From contig OZ024743.1 in assembly GCA_964016885.1 (NCBI GenBank), forward strand, positions 368,776,001 through 368,840,000: DNA of 64,000 nt, written 5' to 3'. Numbering within the stretch: position 1 is the stretch's first letter; each line of letters starts with the position of its first letter. The notes beneath the pieces were generated by a model. That model worked only from the letters and a program-made list of their open reading frames with translations. It made no database searches and had not been told where the DNA came from. The stretch comes from Eledone cirrhosa. Its lineage: Eukaryota. Both the position numbers and the translations under genes were made by a program. Positions 13,700 to 27,273 of the stretch are shown here, piece after piece.

Positions 13700-14030
13700 T
13701 CAACAAGTGATATTTATTATTACAACTTTGCATAATATATTTACACATGAAACAAGCAAAGGAAAGGTAACGAAGAAAACGAAAAAGGAGAATAGTGGGA
13801 CAGATTCTACACCCCAGTCAGAGCGATGATTCGGCCATGCCTCGCAGAGAGAATAATGAAAGCATCGCCACGGAGAATGGCTAACAACACTTGCTGCAAC
13901 AGCCACCCCGCCCCACGAAACTCCTTCCTCAGATGGGCTGCTGTCTTTCCGATTTTGCGGAAGAAATCAGCAGTGTGGGGACCCAAAACACCAGAGTTCT
14001 CGACTGTGACAGAAGTAAAAGGCCAAAGCA
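13700..14030 (-). mobile_element. CRE-clade non-LTR 3' end (restriction-like endonuclease C-terminus)
   Basis: VTVENSGVLGP..ADFFRKIG...WLLQQVLLAILRGDAFII (cf. VETxGxWG...QRGNA). Homolog at 40230-40610. Confidence 0.75.
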
Positions 14031-14555
14031 ACAGCGACCTTGGCAGTGGATTCCCTTTTCGTCGCCTCTGGCTGTTTTTAAACTGCTCAATCTGTTCTCA
14101 TCAATTATACAGTCTAGTCTTGCCTTTCAAAGCCCTCTCATGCGTGTTTGCTTTAGCTGTAGGTGGTATATGTTCTTTTCTTCCTAAAATGAGGTTAAAT
14201 AAGAGCATTAGACCATGATGTTTTACTGGAGGGAAAACTAGTTAGTTTTCTGACAAGAATCTACAACGGAAAGGGTATGGGAAGATTTCAGTTGTTTGAG
14301 TGTGGAATAAAATACATTTTATATCAATAAATAAATAAATAGAAAAGGAATGTTCCTGAGGCCCCATACAATGAACTGTCTTGGAATCTGTGATCAGTAG
14401 AAAGGAAAGGATATTATGTTGATTCCATAGAACGATAGCATTACACACAAACATAAACACTGATAGCATTATACACACACACACAAACACCAATAGCATT
14501 ATATACACACACATAAACACATACACACACATACCGATAGCATTTCCCACACACA

Positions 14556-14640
14556 CAGGGCCGGATTTAATGGGGGCAAAGGGGACAATTGCCCCAGGCC
14601 CCCTGCAGTAAGGGGCCCCACCAGCGACGGCCATAGCAGT
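14556..14640 (+). mobile_element. hAT-like terminal fragment
   Basis: cagggccggatttaa terminus followed by GC-rich gccccaggcccc/ggggcccc subterminal motifs. No partner TIR seen. Confidence 0.45.
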
Positions 14641-14764
14641 TTATCTGTGCCCTTATATACTTATATGTGTGTGCATATACATACAGATATATACCTGTAT
14701 GAATGTATATGTATCCTTGCTAATAGGGAAAGTAGGTGTTAAATTATGATGATGAAGATGGTAT

Positions 14765-14960
14765 TATCATCATCATTTAACATCTATTTTCCTAGCTTGA
14801 ATGGGAGGGTTGTCACATTATGAGACATGAGAAGGGTTGTCACGTTATGAGACAAGTCAGATCAGATGACCACGTCTTGCTCATACAGTTCTGTATTTTG
14901 GCTTGGTTTCTATGACAGGATGCCCTTCTCAATGCCAACCATGTTACAGCGTGGTCAGTG
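14765..14960 (-). mobile_element. RTE 3'UTR/tail fragment
   Basis: catcatcatttaacatc...ggatgcccttc. Confidence 0.6.
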
Positions 14961-14980
14961 ATTTTTCACTACATACATAT

Positions 14981-15170
14981 AATAATTGTTTCTACTTTTG
15001 GCATAAGGCCAGCAATTACCCCAGTGTATTACTGGTACTTTATTTTATCGACCCCGTAAGGATGAAAGGCAAAGTTAACCTTGGCGGGATTTGAACTCAG
15101 AATGGAAAGGGCCGTAACTCTATGCATCAAATGGCGTCCGACCCTCTACCGATACTGCCAATCCACCGCC
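14981..15170 (-). mobile_element. tRNA-derived SINE, short variant
   Basis: Near-identical reverse complement of 1902-2090. Confidence 0.9.
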
Positions 15171-15419
15171 ATTTGCCAGATACATTCTTAAAAGTACATC
15201 ACAAAACCAAACAGTACTATACATGATCATTAAAATATTGTAGAAAGAGAGAGATACCCGCTTGATAAGGTGTTTTTAACAAGTCTAAGGACACTAATGA
15301 AGATGATAGACACTGCCAAATGATGGAAAAATCCAGAAACTCACTTTCACACTCTCCAAGAACTTAATAATTAATGATAAACTCACATAAAAAAATCTAC
15401 AGGTATGATAAAATTAGGT

Positions 15420-17195
15420 AAAGAAATTTAATTAAGACCTAAGGAAATTATGAACCAGATTAAATTAATCAACTTTAATCATATTGACTAATGGCGGCTG
15501 TACTTGCCAACGTATAGGAGACAACAACAATCCTGGACAGTAAAAATAAAGCAAGAAAACTGGACAGCATCGAGGATGGAACTGCTGATCCAAACAAACC
15601 AGGAGAATATAGAGGCCATCCTTGATGTGATAGAGTTCAACAACGGCACCTACCTACCCGTAACCATCCAGGGTAGAAAGCATATATGCCACATCTGTTG
15701 TGAGAAAAACCACCTAAAGGCCTTCTGCTCGAAACAAAGGCAGAGGTGCAACCAAACAAACCGTGACAAAAAAAGCGTAGCATCAGCATCAACAACAGCA
15801 ACAACAAAACACCCACCTCCATCACCAACTGCAACATCAATGCTTGTTGAAGACATACCCCTCCCAATGTCACACAATTGAACACAGATTGTGACGAGGA
15901 TGAGGGATGGAAAACAATCATGAAAAAAAAGAATTCCCCCTTTACCCCCCCCCCCATAAAAAAGGGGGGTGAAACAAACAAAAAACCCTCAAAACTTCAA
16001 TGCCTCCACCATCAACATAACAACAACCCAAACAAAAACAAACCCTCATCCTCTACACCAACAAGCTCAAATCCAACAAAATGACACAACTGTCATGCAC
16101 TACACAGCAATAAACACGCACAAAAAAAGAAATTACTTAACTACATACAGCAGAACACTAGCATTACAGAAAAAACTACACAACACCCAAAAAATTCAGA
16201 CTACCCTCACATATAAAAATGACAGAAATAAACCAAAAAACATACACGCTTTTAAAAAATAAAATTACCTGATTCAATTGGAGACTTCCGCGAAACCCAC
16301 TCCAGAAGAATATACAGAGACATCCTTGTGGGGAAGGCCACAATTAGCCAGACAGACGAAGCAACTGCTCCTTCACCAGAAAGTCAGGAGTAAGTTCAAT
16401 TGTTTCCTCCTTCATTAAACATGGCCTCTCTCAGAATAGGCATTATAAATACACATGGCCTGGGGTTGCCTTGAAAGTAGGGTCACCTGCTCAATGACCT
16501 CAGGTCACTAAACATACTTGTGGTGGCCATCAGCAAGACCAGAATCTCCAAAGCACAAGCCTTCACATCAATTTTCAGTGGCTATGATGTGTACGCATCT
16601 CCAAACTGTCTGGGATCTGGAGGCAGAGGAGCTGTGTTGTTTCGGAGAGGTCTGGTTCTCGCGACATGGGCCATTTTCCTAGACACAGAAGGTAAGTTGG
16701 TGGTGCTTGCTGGAAGTGACCAGCAGCAAAGGGCACACTTTCAGGTTAGTGGCTGTCTATGCCCCAACAGGAACAGGGTAGCCTGATTTCTTCTAGCACC
16801 TGGAAACCTTCCTAGGAACGTCTCGCTCTTTAGTGATTGGAACAGGATCTTGGATGCATGCTGGTACTGTGTGTGACTAGCAGGCAGGGAAGGAGGGTGT
16901 AAAAGCCTCACAAACCTTGCTCAGATGCTTTCAACTATCTGACAGGTACCAACTGGATTTCCTGAATATGTCAATGTGGACATGGACAATCTGCATTGGG
17001 TCATCCAGATCGCATCTAGATAGGAAATTTTGTAGGGAAATAGATAAGTCTAGCATAGGTTGTCCACAATTCAAGCTAGTTGGCTACATGGATCACAAAT
17101 TTGTGATCTGTGTGGTCAATCTAGATAGGCTATTGGAAATTGAACGCGTCACTCCCAGTGCACAAAGCCTACAGTGACCAGATTAGTGAATTAGT
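15420..17195 (+). mobile_element. Tx1-clade LINE 5' part: ORF1 zinc knuckle and APE endonuclease, decayed
   Basis: ORF1 CHICCEKNHLKAFC. ORF2 start MASLRIGIINTHG near 16421, with VVAISKT, SRSHLDR and DHKFV APE motifs. Confidence 0.8.
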
Positions 17196-17593
17196 TTGTG
17201 GCAAGCTACTTTCCTTTGGCGCATTTGTAAACTTTCTTGTTGAAATTGTGCCAACGTGGCATAGTGTTGTTTTACTTCAATAAATTGATGAACCTGCCGT
17301 AGGAAACATTCCTTTAAAAAAAAAAATTTGCAGTATTTCAAAAAATTACAGCACAAGAACATTTTTTTTTTCAAAATGGCTTCCATTAACATCAACAGCG
17401 ACAACTCTGGTAAATCACTACCATAAACCACACGGAAAAATGTTTTCAAAACGACAACTTCGTCACCTTCAGCAGCAACTGACGCAACAGCACCAACGAT
17501 GTGGCAGCGTTATAGTTATACCACTGAAACCACCACCTCTACGAATAGCAGGATCACAGCTACAATTATGTCATCAATGACTACGACAACAGC

Positions 17594-18206
17594 TACTGGT
17601 AAAACATTTACCACAACAACTACAGCTACACAGCTCTGGTAAAACATTTACCACAACAACTACAGCTACACAGCTCTGGTAAAACATTTACCACAACAAC
17701 TACAGCTACACAGCTCTGGTAAAACATTTACCACAACAACTACAGCTACACAGCTCTGGTAAAACATTTACCACAACAACTACAGCTACACAACTCTGGT
17801 AAAACATTTACCACAACAACTACAGCTACACAACTCTGGTAAAACATTTACCACAACAACTACAGCTACACAGCTCTGGTAAAACATTTACCACAACAAC
17901 TACAGCTACACAGCTCTGGTAAAACATTTACCACAACAACTACAGCTACACAGCTCTGGTAAAACATTTACCACAACAACTACAGCTACACAACTCTGGT
18001 AAAACATTTACCACAACAACTACAGCTACACAGCTCTGGTAAAACATTTACCACAACAACTACAGCTACACAACTCTGGTAAAACATTTACCACAACAGC
18101 TACAGCTACACAGCTCTGGTAAAACATTTACCACAACAACTACAGCTACACAGCTCTGGTAAAACATTTACCACATCAACTACAGCTACACAACTCTGGT
18201 AAAACA
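17594..18206. repeat. 40-bp tandem array, about 15 units
   Basis: Unit ctctggtaaaacatttaccacaacaactacagctacaca(g/a). tggtaaaac recurs every 40 bp from 17597 to 18197. Confidence 0.97.
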
Positions 18207-19100
18207 CTATAAACAGCATCATCATTGACAACAGCTATTGGTAAAACATTTACCACAACAACAAACAATTAATGCAAGAACAGCAACTTTAAAAACATTT
18301 CACACATTTTTTGCCCATGTCAGACTTTATTCGTTTTCTATTAAGACCCCAGGTGGTCATGTTATAAATAGCAAACAGCTAGTCATTTGACACAGCGGCT
18401 TACATAACACTGGCCCTTAGAGCCTCATTCACAATTTTCTTCTTGCATTCATTCTTTCATTCATTTTTTTTCATTGATGTGCTCTTTTTCAGCGTTTTCA
18501 TACTGGTGACCTATGCGAATTCAATTTGTTCTTATTTATCACCCTTCCGGTTTAAACAGTGGGTATTGGTGCATTTGTAAACTATTTGTGTGTGATTTGG
18601 CTAAGTCAGGCCAATCGTGAGTTGTGCACAAATATATTTTACCAACTTCTGCCTAAACAGAGATTTTCCCGCTTACTTTCGATATACTGTCTCTTGCAGC
18701 TTTGATCATGGACAGGTAAACACCATTTTTCTTTTGCCGTTCGACCACTAGCCAATATGTAACGACAACAATATAACTACGGCCTGGCCAGCACCTCAGC
18801 CAGTCGACCGTACCTTCTAAACTCTTAATTTGTTTATTCTTTTGTTTGGTATGCCAACTCAACCTTTGTAATCGGTTTGTAAATAAAATATGTAAAAACA
18901 TTGTAAAGTCTTGTGATGCTATTACCACAGCCATAGCCTTTAAATGTGATATGGAAAGATCCTTTTCAGAGTTATTATCACTGCAGCAACCGAACCTGGG
19001 ACTTACAGCCGAACCTCAATTCAACTAACATTGCCATATAACAAAACTGTTACATTTATTGATATAACCAAACCATACCTTTCCTGTTACAAACTACATA

Positions 19101-19292
19101 GTGAATTGGCAGTATCGGTAGAGGGTCGGACGCCATGCTTTCCAGCATAGTTACGTCCCTTTATGATCTGAGTTCAAATCCCGCCGAGGTTGACTTTGCC
19201 TTTCATCCTTACGGGGTCGATAAAATAAAGTACCAGTAATGCACTGGATAATTGCTGGCCTTGTGCCTAAAGTAGAAACAATATTATTATTG
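19101..19292 (+). mobile_element. tRNA-derived SINE, short variant
   Basis: Same A/B boxes, core and (ATT) tail as 1902-2090. Confidence 0.88.
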
Positions 19293-19411
19293 TTGTTGAT
19301 ATTCCTATAATTAATATTTTCTGCTAAACTGGTAACAATTAATTAAACTGCTATATTGGTGATCCCTGTTGATACACATATTATTATACTTATTAATCCT
19401 TTGCTATAAGT

Positions 19412-21395
19412 TAATGGTGGTTCGCCCTGAAAAGAGCGATTATAATAGAGTCCATTAGGTTCAGTAAGGCTGCAGTGATAGAGAAAAATAGAACTGAGAA
19501 AGAATTAGTTAGAAAGTTAGATGAGGCACTTAGTAAAGGCATCGCAACTGACGTGCTTGTGGCAAGATTCACTCTTGACCAATTCTTCAATGCTGAGCAT
19601 GAAAGCTGCATTGTCAGAGCTAGGGAGCGTGCTCTTAGACATGGAGGGGTGAAAACCATTCAATGCGCCTGAGTGGCAGAGGATCAGCATGACAACAAAG
19701 CCACAATCTAGTCTCTGGTGCACCATGATAGGCGCATGTTACTCGATCCCAAGCAGATGTGTGCAGCCTTTCAACAGCACTTTGCTCAATTGTTCGGAAG
19801 CAGTGGCAGGTCGAATCATGAGATGGACTTCATTACCTATCTTGACGGCCTACCACAGCTCTTGACGATGGAGGTGAAGTGCTGCAAAAAGCTGATAACA
19901 GGCACTGAAATAAGGGATGCAATAACTAACTGCATAAGGGGTAAATTGCCTGGTTTGGATGGTCAGCTGTACGAGCTTTATGTTCACATGCCCAAGTTGT
20001 TTGGCAATCTTTTGGCAAATGTCTACTGCAACTGACAATAGAACAGGAGAATTCCCAGTTCTGTGAGTTGAGCGATGATAGAACTGCTGAGAAAAGATCC
20101 TAACAAGGAAGACTGCACAGAAATTTCAGACCCATAACACTGCTAAACAGAGAGTTCAAAATTTTGGCCAATGTGTTAGCGACAAGGTTGGTACTTATCG
20201 TCGGGAGTTTTTTGGGAGAGGTGTAGACATGAGCCATTACAGACAGAACAATCCACAGCAACCTCCACTTCATGTGATACATCATAACGAGGGTAGCTAA
20301 GGAACCTGGCACATGTGCGGTTGTGATCAACTTGGATCAGTCAAAAGCATTCCATAGGGTCAATCAATACCTGGTGGTGGTACTCAGGGTGGCTGTCTTC
20401 AAGGTGGCCATCCTCAGGGAAACTGGTTTGGGGCCCGTTTTTACACTGTGAATTGCTGCAATGCACAGCGACATCTGCTCTGTGGCGAGAGTGAACGGTC
20501 ACCTATCGGAGCCATTCAACATCATGCTCTAGGTTCGCCAATGTTGTCCCCTCTTGTCCATCTTATATGTATTGAATCTAGATGTTGAGGGGCATCCGGC
20601 GTGAACTAGGAGCACTTGGTGATAGAATGCCTTCAAGCACTCACAGTCCTCAGCCAATTGAGCACTACAATCCGTGGAAAATCCACCTTGGCATTCTATA
20701 GAAGATTAGTGATGGATAAAAGCAATGATGTTCTTGAGGAAACCCTGGGCTTTGATGAAAATCAACTAGCTATTTTCTTCCATAGGACTTTTGGTCCAGG
20801 GCCTATAGATAACTTCTAGAAATCCCTGGCCTGGCAGTGCTACCAGGGAGCATTGCCACTCCAAGATAAACACTACAAGCATGGAAGTGCCATTAGCCGG
20901 GCCTGTCTGAGATGCATGCAGGTGATGAAACTGTCGTGCACGCACGAGAATCGCTGGCTTGTGGGTTTATGTCGAACACCTGCTGTCACATGAGGGATGG
21001 ACCCAACTGTCAACTGAGTCCATCGTCAAAATTGCCCTGCTGCCCTTCCTTAGCCAGGAAGGGTAGGTTGTTTTTATCTGTTTGGTGGCCATGGCGAAAG
21101 AAGTCTTATGGTGGATGCATCTGCAAGGGCTGAAGACGGGCACTTTCCTCTTCAGTGACCCCCTGATTAACTCCTTCAGGTTTCACTTGAAGAGTAAAAT
21201 CTGGGTGGAGAAGGAAGTGCTGCCTTCAAAACAATTTGTTGAAAGAGGTAAGAATGGTCCAAGTGAATGGGCTTGCTCTGAGCATGTGCCTGTAGATTGA
21301 GGGAGAACACCTGGGAGAGGGCACATGCCCTGGCACTTGGGGTGACTGTGACTTTTGTGGGCTTTCTCAATGAGTAACCCTTGGAAGTCTCCGCC
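19412..21395 (+). mobile_element. Tx1-clade LINE ORF2 (RT and C-terminus, internally deleted) plus 3'UTR
   Basis: KLPGLDG, NFRPITLLNREFKILA, LDQSKAF, FGPGPIDNF. The 3'UTR gggagagggcac..gccctgg matches the 47214-49782 copy. Confidence 0.85.
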
Positions 21396-21399
21396 AGTG

Positions 21400-21870
21400 T
21401 TACTAATGCCACAGACAATAACAACAACATCACCACCAGCACCCAGGCAAGACATCAGCGCCAGAGACAATAACAACAACACCATCAACTGTACTCTGGC
21501 AAGGAAAAATGAAAGCTTCGAAAAATATCTTCCTACTTTATCATCTTCACAATCGGTAAAAATCAAAAAAACGCCACCACCACCACCACTGCCACAACCA
21601 CCACCACTGCCACCACCACCACCACTGCCACCACCACCCCAACTGCCACCACCACCACCACTGCCACAACCACCACAACAAGAGGAAAAAGTGTAACAGA
21701 AACAAGTAGGAAAAGCAGCAATAGTGATAGCACTAACAAAAACAATGACAACCAAAACAATAACAGCAGCAAAACAAACAGCAACACAACCAGTAGCAGC
21801 AGCGGAAACCACAATGTGAACAACAACACAAAAATAAACAACACAACCAGCAACAACAACACATTTGCTG
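21400..21870. repeat. Low-complexity (CCA)/(ACA)-rich tract
   Basis: Direct reading. Similar tracts follow the Tx1 ORF1 fragments at 15.8 and 53.0 kb. Confidence 0.8.
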
Positions 21871-22976
21871 CCAAGGCAGCTAAGAAAATGCCATGTTTTC
21901 ACATGGAGCTAACAGATAAAGAACTACGTTTGGCCTAGTCATGGAAGATAATCAAATGTGAAAAAACCTGGGTCAACCTAAATGTTCTGGCTGAGGCAAT
22001 GGAGGCAGTGGAGCGCAGAACAATTATATACAGATGCATTTCAGTGCGGACCCTCGGGCTGAAGTTGAGGCCGCACTGAAGTGCATCCAAGATGACATCA
22101 ACTTCAAGACAAGGGGCAAGCAATTTGACGCCATCTCGGTCCTGTTTGAAGTCTGAAGCTCTTGCTTTGAAACACTCAGTGGCCCTTTGTAGGATGGACC
22201 AAGTCACGATGTACCGTCCCATATGGGCAGAAAGACTGATAGAGTCTGCATTCCTGGGATCCCACCTAGACTAGACTTGTGGTGGCACTCCCTTTCCTGA
22301 AACAAATACACACTTAAACACAGACAAACACACACACACCTGTAAACACACTCCCATTCCCCTCTGACACAGAGTCTCCAGGCACTAGTTCCTCCTCATC
22401 CTCAAGTGAAGATGAGAGGCAACCTCAAGGCACGCCCCCCCCCTCCCCCTACAAAAAAAAAACGAAACACAAAAAGAAAAATGCATCTTCACACACCTAC
22501 AAGCACACAAAACATACACACAGCAAACACAGACACATCTACAACAAAACCAACACCACAACAGTCAACAAAAACACAACCCCAACAACTGTCTCAACTG
22601 CAACTCATGCCCCACATAAGGAAACACATTCAGGCACTAACAACAACAGAAACACCCAACTGTGTTTTACTAAGAAGGGCAAACAAAAAAAACTTATGGC
22701 CCTTGTAACACGAAGTGAAGATATTGAGAAAGAGGGGAAGATTTTTGGCATCTGCACCTTCAAAGTGCCCAAAATATTGCTGATGGTGCAGATCCCAGCA
22801 AACATATAAAAACATTAGAGAGAGCTTCACCAGCAATGTAGGAAACCCTAGTGTGAAAGCCTTGAGTCGGCTATAAAAGGGGTTCTCAAAGGAAACCACA
22901 CCAATCATGGAGGTCGAACCACCTGACCCCCACAAGTCCCAGGAAGATGAGTAGATCTTTTCTTTTAGTCTGCCAA

Positions 22977-24885
22977 CATGGCCATCTTAAGAGTAAAATG
23001 CTTGAATGTTTGTGGCCTGGGTTCATCTTGAAAGTAGGGTCACCTGCTGAACAACCTCAGGTTACTAGACATGGATGTGGCTGCCATCAGCAAGACTAGG
23101 ATTTCTGACATGCACATGCTAGCCCCCATTTTCAATGACTATCAGATCTTCGCATCTCTTAGTCGGCCGGGAAAGGGTGGAGGGGTGGCAGTACTGGACC
23201 AACCGCATAGGGTCATCTAGATCGTATATAAATAGGATTTTTATTAGGTCAATAGGTAAGGATAGTATAGGTTGTCCACATTTTCAAATGGTCACCTATT
23301 CGGATCACAAGTTTGTGACCTGCATGGTTTACATAGATAGGACATGAAGGTTAGGACCTGGTTACTGGAAGCTGAACATGTCGTTCCCAGCACTTAAAGC
23401 TTACAGGGACCAGGTCAACAATTTAGTTAAGCAAAAGTTGACAAGGGGGTCGTCAACAATAGGTGGTGGCGGACTCTCAAAGGAGAGATTGGAGTAATGT
23501 CGATAGGTTTTAGTAAAGAAGTAGTGTTAAAAAATAAAGAAAGGAGGGAGAGTTGGTAGCTAAATTAGACATGGCTATTAGTAGTGGCATTGCGACTGAT
23601 GTACTAGTGGCGAGAATGGCATTAGACCATTTCGTCAATGCCAATCACGAAGGTTGCATTGTCAGAGCTAATGCACGTGCTCTAAGAAACGAGGGAACAA
23701 AACCTGTTTGATGGGCCCGCATGACAGAAGCACAACACAGTTATAAAACCACAATTTGATCTTTGACGAACTGAAACGAGTGCAAGCTGATCAATTCCAG
23801 GCAGATATGTGAGGCCTTTAGCGAGCAATTGCTCAGCTGTTTTGGGGGAGCAGGGGGCCGGAGTCAGTGGTGGATTTCAGTTCCTACCTCAACAGCCTAC
23901 TCTGTCTCTCTCCACCCAATGCTGGACACTGTGAAAGGCTGATAATCCAGCCAAGATTTGGGATGCCCTAGTCAGTTGCTCGAGGCACAAGCCACCTGGT
24001 TTGGATGGTCTGCCCTACAAGATTTATGCAGACATGCCAGACTTGTTCTCCAATCTCCTCAAAGCACTATTCTGCAACTGACAGCAGAATAGGTGTATTC
24101 CCAGTTCTGTGAGCCAGAGCATAGTGACACTGATAAGGAAAGACGAGAACAAAAGGGATATGTTAGACAACTTCAGGCCCATAACTTTGCTAAACACAGA
24201 GTTTAAGATTTTGGTCAAGGTGTTAGCAAAGAGGTTGGCGCTTGTCATCGAGGATTTAGTAGGAGAGGCACACCCATGTGCAATCCTGACCAGGCCCATG
24301 CACAACAACCGCCATCTCATGTGATACATCATAGAGAGGGTAGGGTGTAAACCTGGCTTTGGTGGGGCTCTGATCAATTTAGATCAATCGAAAGCTTTCG
24401 ATAGGGTCGACCATCAATATACGGAGGCTGTCTTTAAGGCAGCTGGCTTTGATCTCATCTTCAGAGGCTGGATCAATGCAATGCACAGCGGCATCTACTT
24501 GGTGGTCAAAGTTAATGGTCAGCTTTTGGAACTGTTCAGATCCCTCGATCGGTCCATCAAGTGTGCCCTCCTTCTTCTCTTCTGTAGGTATTGACTCTCA
24601 AGCCTTTAATGCAGAAGCTGGTGCTGTTGCATGGGATCGCACTTGAATCAGGAATGGAAAGGCTATGTTGGCATATGCAGACGACATCCCCGTGATGGTG
24701 TCAATCACCTTGGAAATTGAGGTGGTCGGCACCTTCTTGGAGGAATATAAAAAGTTGGCCTGAACAAAACTAATCCTTAAAATCAGTGAGCTTGCAGCTT
24801 GGCACCTGGAGAGGCAAGTTCATGCAGACACTGGACAGATGGACCGGTAAATTTGCTTGGGGTCTTTTTTGGACCAGACCTCCAA
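22977..24885 (+). mobile_element. Tx1-clade LINE ORF2 (APE and RT), decayed
   Basis: SRSYINR and SDHKFV; DNFRPITLLNTEFKILVKVLAKRL; LDQSKAFDRVDH; AYADD. Confidence 0.88.
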
Positions 24886-26490
24886 GAAAGTTGTGATCTC
24901 AGGTGCTATGTGATACATTTCTAGTGTCTTTATGGTCCATGAATGAGGTACGCTCTTGAATGCCTTCTTGTAGTCTATCCAGGCCATTGACAGGTTTTTC
25001 TTTTTCTGTTTACAGTTTTGTCATGAGTCTATCTATCAGTAGCTCATCTTTGCACCCATAACTCTTTCGTTTGCAGCCTTTTTGTTCAGGTGGCAATAAA
25101 TCTCCACAGACGGGGTAATTGTAGACCCTGTTGGTAATCACTGATATAACGACATTGTAAATTGTTGGGAGACATATAATTGGTCTGTAGTTTTTTGGAT
25201 TTTCTGAGCATTCAATCTTTGGTAGAAGATACGTTACGCCAGTTGTCATCCCCTTTGGGACCTCTCTTGGGTTTGTTACAATCCTGGAGAATTCAGCAGC
25301 CAAGGCTTCATGGAGCATATCCAGATGTTTCAGCCAGAAACTTTGCAAGCCATCTTTGCCTGGGATTACCAGTTTCCAAAATTTCTGACTGTTGTCTTTA
25401 TTTCTTGGGAGGTGATCTCATTCCATTCCTGTGTGCAAGCAGGGATTTCCAATTGTTCCAGCCATGGGACATTGGATTTGTAGTCATTAGCTTTTTCCTA
25501 GATATTTGCCCAAAAGTTTTCAACCTCAACAAGCTCAGGTGGTTACCTTATTTCAATATTTTTCTAACCTAACTCCCTGTAAAATCTTTTGGCATCTTCG
25601 GCAAAGATTTTGTTGTTTAAAGAAGTTAGCTATTTTTTTACATCTTCTTAATCTCTGCACCTTTATTTGCATCATTTGCTTGATTGGTTCAGCAATTTCT
25701 TTCAAGTCTTCTTCCCAATTAACCTTGTATTTCTTCCTCAGCCTAGAAAGCTTGTTGCTGTTTATGTCAGTTCCCTTATCTATTTCAGACTCGAGAGAGA
25801 CATCTCTCCTCAACTCTGTAATTTTGTTCTCCAGCTGTCTGCCATTTTGGTTTTGCATTTGTGTTTATATTCCTTGTTTGTATTTTGGAGTGCAGCTTGC
25901 CAGCAATCATGGTTGCAGTGGTATATGGCAGCTGGTTAATGCCATCAAGTGTCAGTGGTTTTCTGTGTTTGCCTCTGATTACCTCTATTGCTTTGTTAGC
26001 TAGGTTGACCCTCTTCTTTAGCTGATGCGTCACTTTGGGCACTTTCTGGAGTTTTGTTCGATCTATCAAGTCCTGCATTTTCAGAATCTCCCACTCATGC
26101 AGAATATCTTCCTTCATGGTCCAGATAGTAGCATCAACCAGTGAGCCTTCACCTACATGTTCATGTTCAGGGAGGTTATCATCTGTGGAAGTTTCAGCAA
26201 TACTCTCACCATCTGCTGCTTCTGTTGTATGCAGGTCTCCTTCTTGACTGGGGTTGTTATGTTGCTCACTTATCTCTGCTTTGATGGTTTCCAGTTCAGT
26301 GAGTCTTTTGCTCCTCATAATGTCTCTTCTCACATTAGCTAACTTTTTCATGTTCATGTACTCTCTGGAGTTAGGGTTAGAATTCCTCCAGATACCATAG
26401 GTTTCTTGCGTTGACGAGTTCTTCCTTAGAAACAGGATGGCAGTATATTATGCAGCCATCACTGCATTGTATTCCTCTCTGGTCCATGTT
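24886..26490 (-). mobile_element. R4/Dong-clade LINE, N-terminal region and start of RT
   Basis: KTWTREEY Myb-like start; MNMKKLANVRR; FWLKHL; GVTYLLPK; NYRPIICLPT; EQKGC..SYGCKDELLID. Confidence 0.85.
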
Positions 26491-26506
26491 TTATTATCAT
26501 TATTAG

Positions 26507-26764
26507 GGCGGTGGATTGGCAGTATGGGTAGAGTGTCAGACACCTTGCTTCGCGACTGAGAGTTATGGCCCTTTATGTTCCGAGTTCAAATCCCACCGAG
26601 GTTAGCTTTGTCTTTCCTCCTTACGAGGTCAATAAAATAAAGCTCCAGTCAGTACTGGAGTCGATTTGTTCGACTTTCCCCAACCAAAATTGCTGGCTTG
26701 TGCCTAAAATAAAGTACCAGTAATGCACTGGATAATTGCTGGCCTTGTGCCTAAAGTAGAAACA

Positions 26765-26801
<37 letters not shown>

Positions 26802-27273
26802 GGGCAGTGGATTGGCAGTATTGGTAGAGCATCGGACACTGTGCTTATGGTCTGAGTTCAAATCCTGCCGAGGTTAGCTTTGCTTTTCATCCTTATGGGG
26901 TTGCTAAAATAAAGTACTTGTAATACACTGGGGTCAATTTAATCGACTTTTCCCTCCCCTTCAAATTGCTGGCCTTGTGCCTAAAGTAGAAACAATTATC
27001 ATTAATTATTATTGTGGATTGGCAGTATCAGTAGAGGGTCGGATGCCATGCTTTGCAGCATAGAGTTACAGCCCTTTACGGTCTGAGTTCAAATTCCGTT
27101 GAGGTTAACTCTGCCTTTCATCCAGTAATGTACTGGAGGATAATTGCTGTCCTTGTGCGAAAAGTAGAAACCATTAACTTTGCCTTTCATCCTTACGGGG
27201 TCGTTAAAATAAAGTACCAGTAATACACTGGGATAATTGCCGGCCTTGTGCCAAAAAGTAGAAACAATTATTA
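26507..27273 (+). mobile_element. Cluster of about 5 full or partial SINE copies in tandem
   Basis: Repeated tggattggcagtat heads and ccttgtg..agaaac tails, separated by (ATT)n. Confidence 0.88.

Noticed and set aside
17594-18206. 40-bp array as CRISPR or as a mucin-like CDS
   Set aside because: Contiguous units without spacers. The period is not a multiple of 3 and there is no long ORF.
21183-21902. Pro-rich, Gly-rich and Val-rich ORFs (formin/extensin-like)
   Set aside because: Translations of a (CCA)/(ACA) low-complexity tract between Tx1 fragments.
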